DNA of 64,000 nucleotides. It comes from Fistulifera solaris. Taxonomy: Eukaryota. Made by a program: the position numbers and the translations under genes. Location: the NCBI GenBank assembly GCA_030295235.1, contig AP026133.1, forward strand, positions 992,001 to 1,056,000. Direction: 5' to 3'. Below, in pieces: positions 53,716-64,000 of the stretch (within the stretch, counting starts at the first letter, position 1; every line of letters starts with the position of its first letter). Below the pieces are notes generated by a model. It made no database searches. It was not told where the DNA came from and saw only the letters and a list, made by a program, of their open reading frames with translations.

Positions 53716-55232
53716 CTAATAATCAGCCTCGACGGAATCGGCATTGATGTTCATGTCCAAATCTTCGCCAGTAACACGTTTGTAAAGATCGAGCATGTCC
53801 TCCACATCCTTCTCAAAATGCGACGTGGCATCCAACGACTTGGCAATGTAGCAATTGTCCTTAGATCCGTCCTCAACCGGTTCGTAGACCGTCGACACGC
53901 TGATAAAGTAGTTCTGGATGGACCCGAGAAGCTGCAATCCAGGGGCGACATCCTCTTCTGGTTTGTCTTTCTCCGCGGTACAGCTCACAATGGCAATGGT
54001 AATACCCGGTGCACACACGTTGAGACCGTGACCGACCGCACACACAAAGACATCCGACTTACGGCCCACTTGCGGTCCAGGGATAACGATCTGTACCGAC
54101 TCCAACGGTTCACCTTGTCCAAGTGACATGCCAGCAAAGTTGGTCGTGTTCGTTCCCGGGATAGGGTGGTCTAGGATGCAGATGCAACGAATGACTTTGC
54201 TGGATGCGCGAATCTTGGAAGCATCGAAGTAAGAAGGATCTCCAATGATCATGGGCGCCTTGGCCATTTGGTTCCCAGCCTTCACTCCCGTCGCCTTGCC
54301 ATCTTCAAAGATGATCTCATCGATGTCCTGATTCAACATAAAAGTACCGCCGTGAACTGCACAGATTCGAGAGAAGCTTTCCGGAAGACCACCAAGACCA
54401 TAGAGAGGGTAGATGTAGGGTGAAGTTCCGTACCGCGTCATCGAATACATGTACGTTTGCAATGCCTTCACCGTGGGCAGAGCGGGCTCATCCATGTGCT
54501 TCTCGTCGAGCTGAAGGCACATGGCGTGAGAAATGAACTGTTGCGTATCTGCATTCAAACCAAAGGCAGCATAAAGCTCTTTCATGGTCATCTTGGTGAG
54601 ATCACGACCCTCATGCGTTGACGGGTCTTCGGCTTTGTACGAATCCGCAAAGATGAGAAACTTTCGAAATTTGGGCTTTTCCCACATTCCCATAATGGGA
54701 GTGTTAAGTGCTTCCTGTGGCGTCGCCGGGATTTTGTGGATTTTCCCATTGCGGTACACGAACGACCCCGCAATGCTTTTGAACTCGAGATAGCGCGTAA
54801 CTTTTGTGTGCAAGAGCATCTTGGTAAGACTTCCCGTTGCCATGATGAACTTGGGAATCAAGTCAATGTTGTATTCGCGGTTCGCCCCGAGGCTTTCGGG
54901 AGGTGTTCCTCCTTGAAACTTCTCGAACAAGGTCGTCAAGTTCAACGATGCTCCGTCTCCGCCATAGTAGCCGTTGCGGTCGACCTGGAGGACACGTTTG
55001 CCCTTCACCGACAACAAACCCGAAATCACGCATTCTTTCAAACCTGTTCCGAGAACAATAGCGTCATACTCGCCATCGGCAAGAGCTTCCATTCCTTCCG
55101 GAAGCCAGTCAAAGGTGGGCTGACGAGACACAATAGATCCGTTAGATCGAATGCAATGCAGGCATTTCTGATTTTTCCTGTCGATTTGTCGTTCCCTTTC
55201 GGTTCTCTTACCTTGGATTCTTCTTCCGACAT
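53716..55232 (-). CDS. GDI1: Rab GDP dissociation inhibitor; intron 55120-55211
   Basis: EYDAIVLGTGLKECVISGLLS, DRNGYYGG, YNIDLIPKF, SPYIYPLYGLGGLPESFSRICAVHGGTFMLN, DATSHFE. Short first exon MSEEESK. Confidence 0.96.
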
Positions 55233-55911
55233 GGTTATGGATAAATGCTAGTAAAACGAATTTAAAGGTTAGATTGTTATTGCTTTGTTGCCACCGAAAC
55301 AACAGAATGATAACGAATAAACTTTCGATGCGAGCAAGATCTTCACGCGGTCTTTCACGTGTTGATTTTTACGTCGTCAATCCATCGTACATTTAGAGCT
55401 ATACTAATAAATACCCTCAACGGACTCTTGACGGAACCAAGGACAGAAGTGTGCATTCTTTATACCAGGTACGTTCTATTCCGTATTTGCTTAACCCTTT
55501 TCTTTGATAACGAAAACATGCGTAAGCGAACAGTAATTGCTCTAATGCTCAGCTAAATAGATGGTCCAAGTGTTTGAAAGCAACTATTATTCATGTAACA
55601 AAGATAGACAACATAATTGTCCGGGACTGGAACTGAAGGTCAAACTGCGATGGGTCTAACTTGTACGCTATATTAAAATTTGATGCTCTTTATTGTATTT
55701 CGTCTGCAATTACTTAATAAGAGGCGTCTAGCATTTCTAAAGGAATGGGTGCCGTGTCGGTATGACTAGAGTGTGTCGTCTTACACATGATGCTTCAACA
55801 GCGTGAATGATGAAATCGCTGTAAAAGTATGCAAGTATGCTGCCATAGAGTAAAACCTGTCCAACGACGACGGCCAGCTTCATGCAAAGTGCTCGGTGGC
55901 GAGAAGCGAAC

Positions 55912-58489
55912 GGATGACTAGAACAATGTTGCATTTTCAACCGCCGAGCGCACGCCAAGGCGAGATTGTTCCATTGACGTACGCTTCGTCCTTGGCGCAC
56001 GAAGAGACAATGAATGCGACGCTTCATCATCTGCAGATATTCGCCCGATTGGAAAGACATGTCGAACCAAGCAGCAATTCACAAAGTTTTTCTCTTGATC
56101 GTTCATGAAATTGGCAACAATATGTTTACTGAGGCCGATAAAGCAGACACAGATTCGCCGAAAGATTTGCTAAGTGTTGTTACCAATGACCCGCTTTCGG
56201 TTCTTCGAGTGCTTCGCGAGACAGACCCAATGCTAGATGTGGAGAAAAGCTATCTGTCATCACGTAGCAGGCCGGCGACAGGTCTTTTTAAGACGAGAAC
56301 ATCTAGCCGTATCGTTAAGAAGACATGCTGAAGACGGGCCGTACAAATCCAGAGCCCACGCCTATTGGTTTCGATCCTAGCACCCAGCTCCCTTGCCAAG
56401 TCGAGTGCGTCGTTTGACCGATCAATTGCCACAACTGTTTCTCCCTATCGATGCTTCCACCATGACACAAGAAAGACCAACTCCGCCGGCCCCAAATATC
56501 GCTATCAATTCACCTTGTTGTAGACTTCCTTGCTACTTCACATCACGATAGGCGGTCGTGAATCGACACTCTCGCGACGCCACTTGAACGAACGAAACAG
56601 TTTCGGAAATGCGTTTGACATTACGATCGGCACGAGAGATGGCCATGTATTCCGCGATTTTGTCACTATACTTGAAGCCAGGTTGCTGCTAATTGAAGCA
56701 CTCTGTTGTGCAAGTTCGCGATGACAATACTAGCAATTTGCACAAGAAAGATGATCGGCCCACTGACCCGATCTCCCATTGATAACTGTCTCACCGATCG
56801 TACTAATTGTTCGACGATTATTCCACTAAGTTCACGACCAGATACAGACAAAAGTCGGTCGTTTTCCACATCATCGTTATGTCCTTTCCATCCGTGTCAA
56901 TCGGATTAACATACTTGTAATTCAATCGCTACGACTTGCGCACGAGAATCCCATCGGATGATTTATGCGGTTTGAGCCCTGTTCGATCCGTATATTGCGT
57001 GAAGGTCCTCCAATTTCTCGATAAACAGCGGCTTTCCTCGTTCGATTCGGAAATGTTGGAGCATGTTCTGTTTCCCGAATCATCAATGGTTCTGAATATT
57101 CATCAAATCCTTTTCTTTCATGAGAATAATGTCAATACATGGTATAATAATAAAGCAAAATGGACGCATGCGCTGTGGCTTTCATCGACGACACGCAGAC
57201 GCAGACACGCAGACACGCAGACTGGCACTACATCGAAGCACCGTGCGATTGAAATAACAAGACTGAAACAGTGCGTGAACGCGTCGCAAAGAAAAACGCA
57301 ACAAACGAGACATCCAGAAATCATCTCTTACCCATTTATCATCGACGAGGCACACAAAGTGCCTCAAATGGACTCGGGATTCGAGATCCATTCTTTCCCC
57401 CTTGTGCACATCGAATTTCAAACGTTTATCGCATTAGGGAGAGACGAGCAGGCCGGGCTCGCAGCTGCGTTCATCATTGTTGAAAGATATCCAGTGGCGT
57501 ATACCGTGATATTCACTCGTGGATCGTGGGATCCCAACCGATACATGGAAAAAACCGTTGCTCGAGACAGGAATACTTAGATAGCTCCCTCTAAGTGATT
57601 TTAAATTCAGTTTATGAGAACAAACTTACTTTTGATTTTACGGTAGGAGAAGCATCGCTGAATTTGTTTCTCTCTTTTTTCGCTGCGTTCTTCTTCTTCT
57701 CACATCTCCTCTCAAAGGCGACTGAGAGAGGTTTGATGTCCTCCCCGTATTCAGTTGTTGCCAAAGCTCTGGCCTGCGATCATAGCTTGGGACCCTATGG
57801 TTGGATACTTAGTGGGAGCGCATGAAGGGTTGTGGTGCGTATGTCCCGAGGAAGGAGGAGTCGTCTCGCAAAATGGGAACTTCGCATCGTCTCGACGATT
57901 CGCTTGCCTGCTTGCGAGGCTTCCTGCCTTACCGGAAAACACGCAGTTGGAGCATTGTGCCGGGAAAAGTTCTTCACCTGAGTTGTGGGATCCATGAGGC
58001 GTGCCGAAGAACTGCGTGCGCCGATGATTGGTGAAGCAATGGTAACGGTTGAGCGGGGTTTGGGGTTCACCCGCTGAGCAGCTTATGAAAGCCACATTCG
58101 CCTTTCCGCTCCCAACCGGATATATGGGCGTTTGTGATCGCTTGTTGACATCTGCTTAACGTCTTCGGAGCTCTTGCGGTGCTTATGAGTTATCCTAGAA
58201 ATAGGTTAGCGGTTACGGGCACTAGCAAGGGTCCCCCATATGTCCCAGCACAATGAAAAATTGACCACAACACCTTCATGCTGACACTTTGTTCATTTCA
58301 AAAGCAAATAAACTAAAATTAATAAACTAATACAACTGATGGATGCGCGCGATGGGTAATGGTGACAGAGGAGCTCCTCCATCTAACTCTGTCCAATTTG
58401 GCGCGCTCAAGCGGTTTTGTGGTCGTGAGGATTGTTGTTTGCTCTAGTTTCTTTGCCGCTTGTTATGTCGCGCTTGTGCGCTTCAATTT
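55912..58489 (-). repeat. Block A, right copy
   Basis: Reverse complement of 25336-27906. Confidence 0.95.
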
Positions 58490-59483
58490 CTTCCAAAGTA
58501 GCCTTCAATTTCTTCCACGAAGTACGAAACAAACGAGAGGAGGTCATGCCGTCCTACCACCAGCAAAAAGCAGAGAAAAAGAGCAGACATCGAATCATAC
58601 GTCAACTCGGAGCGTGCGTTTTGTCACCCAATGTTAAGGTCATGTCCCTCATTTCGGTCCCATCTGGACAACTGAATTGCGCTTGTTCCTGTCGATGGAG
58701 AAGGACATCAGTACGGTTCCTTGGAATTCTACTGTTCGAATGGAACTCGTCTTTTCTGCTTCTTCTCTCGCGTCGTCTTACAATGCTGCTCTCAAACAGA
58801 TAGACGCGCACTTGACCAGGGTAGCATCCAATTGGAATAGAACCTGAAGCGTAAGCAGCTTACGGGCGATTCGTTCCTACAAAATCACCCGGTGAAAACT
58901 AATAACCATCGACACCAGATGTTATGACAACATACTTCAGTCGATGACACATCCAAGGATGTAACATATTCCCTCTAGAAAATGAAATGATTCTTTCGTA
59001 ACTGCCTCGTATGGCTACGAGTGAGTCGGCTGTCGTTCGAGACATCCACATCCGGCTTAACTCCAGATCACAACAATATGATTCTGAGCTCCCTCTCACT
59101 GAGGGGCATCGCCCCAGACAAAACCTTGGAATACACGTGGATCCACATCGGCCAAATTGTCCTCCCATTCGTTTCGGTCTACATGGTGACAATCGGACGA
59201 TGAAAATTCTGCGCGACGCGTACCATCGGACGAGCACTAGCAGCGCATCTAAACCGTTGCATCGGGTCCGCGTCGCCTTGCCGTTATGAGTCGGCATCGA
59301 ATCGATCAAATCATATGAGTAAGAAGAACTGTTACCATTCTTGTCGTAGTATTTGACCAGACTGATAACGTGCTCTCGAAAAAACAATGTGGCCCCAGCT
59401 TTATTACGCGCCTGCGCCAACAACTTCAAAAATTCTTGCAAATGCTCTGAATTCAAGATATTTCCTCCTGCCGCACCAAGAAA
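58490..59483 (-). repeat. Block B, right copy (includes the 3' end of the adjacent gene)
   Basis: Reverse complement of 27907-28910. Confidence 0.93.
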
Positions 59484-60749
59484 CTTGTCCTGCGGTAACA
59501 AGTTCTGATCCACGAGGTGATCATGCACGTCCGAGGGAATGATGAGAGCGTGGCCACCCAGTCCAAGCTTTGAGCGTATTTCTTTCAAAAGCGGACCACA
59601 CTGGCGATCTATGACATGAACAACCACCGAGTCTTGAATAACCGAAGGCGACTTCAAGTGGTGTGATACAACGAGAGCCGATATGACAGTACAGCCGTTC
59701 GTTGATGCACTGATTCTGCCTTGAAATGTGTTGATGGTACTGACAGTGATCTTTCCTTCCCTTATATATCGTTTGTATTCCAATTCATATTGCGCTTGAA
59801 GTGTTTGCAGCGGTATCTTCTTTTGCGAACTCCGTATTAGCGGTTTACTATTAGAATCAGTCGGTACATGGTAGGAAAGAAGAGGCGCAGATGCACCATG
59901 TCCGAACTGGTTGTCATCCCCTAGCACATTCCTGGCACTGACAAACCCATCCTGGGGTGGAGCACTCGGTGTTGCGCTGAATGCCTGATCGTACGATGGC
60001 GGAGGAGGGGCCAATGGTGGCATTGGTACATAAGGCACAGCACCAGGTAGTATTGGAAGAGGCAAATCCTGTCCGCCATTGCTGTCATCATCATCATCAC
60101 TCAACATGCTGTATTTGGTGGATGGCTTTCCGCGTGACTCTTCTCCTGCAGATTGTCGCTGGCTCGATTGGCTACCGTTCTCTTTGAATCGCTGCAAATT
60201 TTGTAATTTATCAAGAGCCGACGCAGCTATCGCATTTTTGTCCATTGTCGTATCTGCATTTTGTTGCTGTTTAAATCGCTCTTGAAACGCCGCGAGCTTT
60301 TCTTGATGCTTCCGGTCTCGTTCGATCGCTGCTCGTCGCTCTCTTTCTTCAGCTGCTTTCCGTTTGTATTCTTCGTAAATATCCATAATATCCGCCACTT
60401 TCTCTATCTGCTCTACAACCTTTTGCATTTGTAGTGTATGTCGACGTTGTAGCGGCGCATATTTGGCAGTCCCATAATATCCATGCTGCGGAAGTTGCTC
60501 CATACAAAATATACAATATCGTTTTCCGTACACATAGGCATCATCTAAACAAGAATCTCGGGCAGGATTCCAATCATGAATATCACCTTGAGAAGCGATT
60601 TTGTACGCCATTTGAAATGACTGAAATACTTTGTCGGCTGCTTCGTAATAACGATCCAATTGAAAGAAGTTACTGACTTGAGGGACGGATAGCGAGTCCC
60701 TCAAACTTTTTCGTCTTGCATCGCTTGGCCGCGAGCTTGAGGTAGTCAT
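59096..60749 (-). CDS. USP8-dimer/MIT-like domain plus putative papain-fold peptidase; extra base near 59209 makes the ORF track read through to 58899
   Basis: N-terminal YYEAADKVF...DDAYVYGKRY...QLPQHGYY; PPPPSY motif; C-terminal NGCTVISALV...FREHVISL...YDLIDS. Likely true end DPRVFQGFVWGDAPQ* deduced from the duplicate copy. Confidence 0.7.
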
Positions 60750-61196
60750 GCTATTTTCTTGTTGTACTTGTATGAAATCAAGTTGAGACGAAAAGCGAAT
60801 AAAATGCTATGAATGGTAAGATATTTGGGCAGAAAGAAGTGGTCTTTTTCATCCGCTGCGTCATGGTCGAAAAGAAAATAAGCGCGAGTAAGAAATAATT
60901 GTGTCGTACGGGAGAACGATTAGGGTTTAGGGTGTGACACTTACAACGCACGCACGCTCCCTGCTTCCCACTTTCTTTGCTAGCTGACGTACTTCCACCA
61001 CGACTCACACACTCAGAGCGGCACCTCTCTAGCACGAGGCAGAAAGTGAAGTGAAGAGACTATGACGTGTCACAGCTAAAAACAATAATCAAAGATCCGA
61101 CAAAAATCCGACAAGGAAGGCACATAAAAAGAACGAACATAAAGAGTAATGACAAGGAAGAGTTAACACTCTTAAAAAAGCGCTGAAGGGGGAACA

Positions 61197-62570
61197 ATGC
61201 TCATGCGACATATGTATCTAAAGGCGGCATTCGCCGCGCTGGGTGTGCTGACGAGCACACATGGTTTTCTATTCGGACAAAGGCCTTCTTCGTTCGGTAA
61301 AGTAAAATTGGCACATCGTAGCCCGCATCCTTCCGCCCAAGAAGTACCGTCTCGTCTTCACATGAGCCTGGGACGAAATACGAACGATGCTGTAGATAAA
61401 TGGATGAAGTCTTCTCTGTTCACTTTGGGCCTCATCGCTGCGACTTGGATACCACTCCCTGCCAGCACTCCATTCGGACCGCAGGTCGCCGGTGCCGCGT
61501 CAGATTCTGCCAACATCGTTTCTTGTCTCTTTGACAAGTGCAAGGTGCCTCTCGCAAAGTGTATCGCCAATCCCATGTGCTTAGCGAACGTTGTGTGCAT
61601 CAACACCTGCAACGGCAAAGATGACGAAATCGGATGTCAGATCAAGTGCGGTGACATATTCGAAAACTCGGTCGTGGGCGAATTCAATAACTGTGCCGTG
61701 TCACAAATGAGTTGTGTACCGCAAAAACAAGACGAAGGTCTTTATCCGATTCCACCCGAAGAAAACGTGGTCCCCAAATTCAATACCAAGCTATTCCGCG
61801 GTCGCTGGTATATTACGGCTGGTCAGAATCCTCTCTTTGACATTTTCCCTTGTCAAGTGCACTTTTCACCGAACCGGAACCAGGAACGTTTTTGGTCAAC
61901 TCAACTGGCGTGTCGAGAATCCGGACGGTGAGTTTTTCACCCGCGATGCGTTACAACGATTCGTGCAGGATCCCAAACAGCCCGCCCATTTGATCAATCA
62001 CGACAACGAGTATTTGCATTACAAAGATGACTGGTACATTATTGATTTCGAGTACGATGACAACAAAGACGGTGTACCTCCATTTGCCTTTGTGTATTAC
62101 AGAGGTAGCAACGATGCTTGGGATGGATACGGAGGAGCGGTCATTTACACGCGCGATTCGAAATTTCCGGAATCGTTGCGACCGCGATTGCAGGCTGCCG
62201 CCAAAAAAGTGAACATGGACTTTGATAAGGACTTTACACTGACCGACAACTCCTGTCCTGTAGATCTATCACCACAGGAGAAGTTGTTGCTGCGCGAAAA
62301 GTTCTTGGGTGACGCTCTGTTGCAAACAGAGAAACAGCTCAAGTGCAGGCGACAAAGGCGCGTGGTAATGCTGTAAGCTTGATCAAAACAGAGGAGAAAC
62401 AAGCCGAAAAGGCACTGGAGGAATTTGCAAAGTTGACGACCGAGTTTGAGAACGAAGTCATTAAAGACGCGGAGTTACTGGAAAAGGAACTAGAGAAGGA
62501 TATTGGTCTCGTCAAGACCGAAATCGTGAATGACTTGAGTGCTTTGCTAAATGGAGATAAAAAGAAGTAA
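61197..62570 (+). CDS. VDE: Violaxanthin (diadinoxanthin) de-epoxidase; frameshifts near 61865, 61890 and 62342
   Basis: Bipartite and lumenal targeting, Cys-rich domain (CIANPMCLANVVCINTCNG...CQIKCGDIFEN), lipocalin core (GRWYITAGQNPLFDIFPCQVH, HDNEYLHYKDDWYI, YYRGSNDAWDGYGGA), Glu-rich tail. Confidence 0.95.
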
Positions 62571-62899
62571 AGCTAGGATTACTGAGCGATCGAATTAACA
62601 ATTTTATAGCTCTTTTCAAGCTGCTTGGCATACTTGTCAGGTTTCTTACTTTCGACGGCGCAATCCAGCAAACAGATCGGTCAGTTACTGCGACAGCTGA
62701 TAGAGATTACTCAGTTATCTCAACACGATACAGAAAGATCTAGTAAAAGTAATACTAAAGCTATGAATCACAAGTAAACATACAAAATTTCGAAAAGAAG
62801 GCCAGTTGCCGCCACTATCATGTTGAAGAATGAGACGCTCGTTTCGCAGAATGAGGTGGCTGAGTTCGTCGGCAACGTTTCTGAGGAGATCCATCTCAG

Positions 62900-63560
62900 T
62901 CAAGGTCATCCAGTTGCTGAGGTTTGATTAGTTCATACAATGTGTCGATGTGGTCCGACAACATCAGACCAGAACGCCAAACCGTTCAAATCGAAGTGGT
63001 AGCCAACATCGATGGCAAAATGGGATCTTGCTTTACAGGCTGGTCGGATGAGCCCCCGATAAAAGCGATTCAAGATGTTAGCATATCGACAAGAAGCCCA
63101 TCCGAGCGAACTCTACCATCAACATCTGTCACTCTACTACTTCGGCTAGGCGAACAAACGCTTGTAGAAAAGAGTAGCTGGGACAAAAACCTTCTAGATC
63201 GGCTGCAACTTTGAGGGTACGCAATCCTTTGTGATCCTTCAATCGCTCAAAAAGTGTTTGTAAGCATGGTCCAAAATACGATTTTCTCTCACAATCACTC
63301 GAGCAAAGAACCTGCAAGTTAATATTCGAGTGTGCGGCTAGGATGAGTTCCTGTAAAACATAGTCTGGTAGTTTCAAATTTGACCAATAAAACTTGATTT
63401 GGAGCTCCATAAAATGGACCAATTCAACAGGCGCCTCAAAACAAAACCATAAGGCCCGTAGAGAAAAATTCATCTTCAACACCAACCGAGAGACAGAGTT
63501 TCTTTGCCACAAATTATCAAGGCCGACAAGTAAGTGTCTAAGGCTGACAACAAGATATAA
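62900..63560 (-). pseudogene. Degraded member of a multicopy diatom LRR-like family
   Basis: Fragments LKDHKGLRTLKV...FCPSYSFL and RSGLMLSDHIDTLYELI, with stops and frameshifts between them. Confidence 0.5.
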
Positions 63561-63618
63561 CCATCTAGATACTCATTTTTGCGGTCAACGAAAGAAAGAG
63601 AGTTGGTCAAATTAAATA

Positions 63619-63864
63619 AAACACCCAGATTTTATGGACACGTCAAAATGTCAAACGCCCAGATTTTATGGACACGTCAAAATATTAAACGCTCAGATTT
63701 TATGGAGACGTCAAAATATCAAACGCCCAGATTTTATGGACAAGTCAAAATATCAAACGCCCAGATTTTATGAACACGTCAAAATATCACTCGCCCAGGT
63801 TTTATGGACGACTCGTCAAAATGTCAAACTCCCAGATTTTATGGACACGTCAAAATATCAAACG
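63619..63864. repeat. Minisatellite, 7 x 34 bp (cccagattttatggacacgtcaaaatatcaaacg)
   Basis: Units start at 63624, 63658, 63692, 63726, 63760, 63794 and 63831. One unit is 37 bp. Confidence 0.97.
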
Positions 63865-64000
63865 GTTCCTCTTTGATTGTATACGGTGTTTTTGTTCATA
63901 CTTCATTCAAGTACCGGTACCGTATTGTTCAACGGTTCTCAGGGTGAGGTTAGTACCGGTATGATGGCGTAATTAACCACATGTCGTTTTCAAACTCAAC

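Noticed and set aside
57330..57360. FIIDEAH as a Walker B / DEAH helicase motif
   Set aside because: No Walker A or other helicase motifs nearby, and the left copy reads IVEAH with a broken frame. Probably chance.
25336..58489. Giant DNA transposon or Polinton with 2.5-kb terminal inverted repeats
   Set aside because: The interior holds only housekeeping genes with no transposase, integrase or polB, there is no target-site duplication, and block B breaks the TIR symmetry.
58899..59095. C-terminal extension of the 616-aa ORF
   Set aside because: It arises from the extra base near 59209. The duplicate copy indicates a stop at 59096-59098.
60919..60933. Interstitial telomeric repeat (ttagggtttaggg)
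   Set aside because: Only two units, which is expected by chance.
1691..62570. Widespread programmed ribosomal frameshifting
   Set aside because: There is no common slippery-site or stop motif. The shifts fall in arbitrary A, T or G runs as expected from sequencing error.
63619..63864. CRISPR array
   Set aside because: The units are contiguous with no unique spacers, the context is eukaryotic, and there are no cas genes.

Overview
This is eukaryotic, gene-dense nuclear DNA with short GT-AG introns, bipartite plastid-targeting presequences and a violaxanthin de-epoxidase. It is almost certainly from a diatom, and the degraded multicopy-family ORF near 63 kb looks Fistulifera-like. I can support about 25 genes: SCC2/NIPBL (partial), BRF1, UPF2, RIO1, an HSF, AASS (LKR/SDH), PPWD1, MenB, CAF-1 p150, a FAM173-type methyltransferase, an LPA2-like protein, a Prx5-type peroxiredoxin, uL13m, an Aven/RIPR-like protein, a Chk2-like kinase, Rab-GDI, VDE, two ankyrin proteins and several unknowns. 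Most long genes carry 1-bp frameshifts in homopolymers, which are most likely assembly errors. The main structural oddity is a ~3.57 kb segment present twice in inverted orientation (25336-28910 and 55912-59483). The two copies are circular permutations of each other (A-B versus B-A), the footprint expected from a circular-DNA-mediated duplication or a staggered-break inversion. The segment carries the 3' end of an uncharacterised gene that looks like an MIT/USP8-dimer plus papain-fold putative deubiquitinase. All protein assignments come from motif recognition, not database searches.
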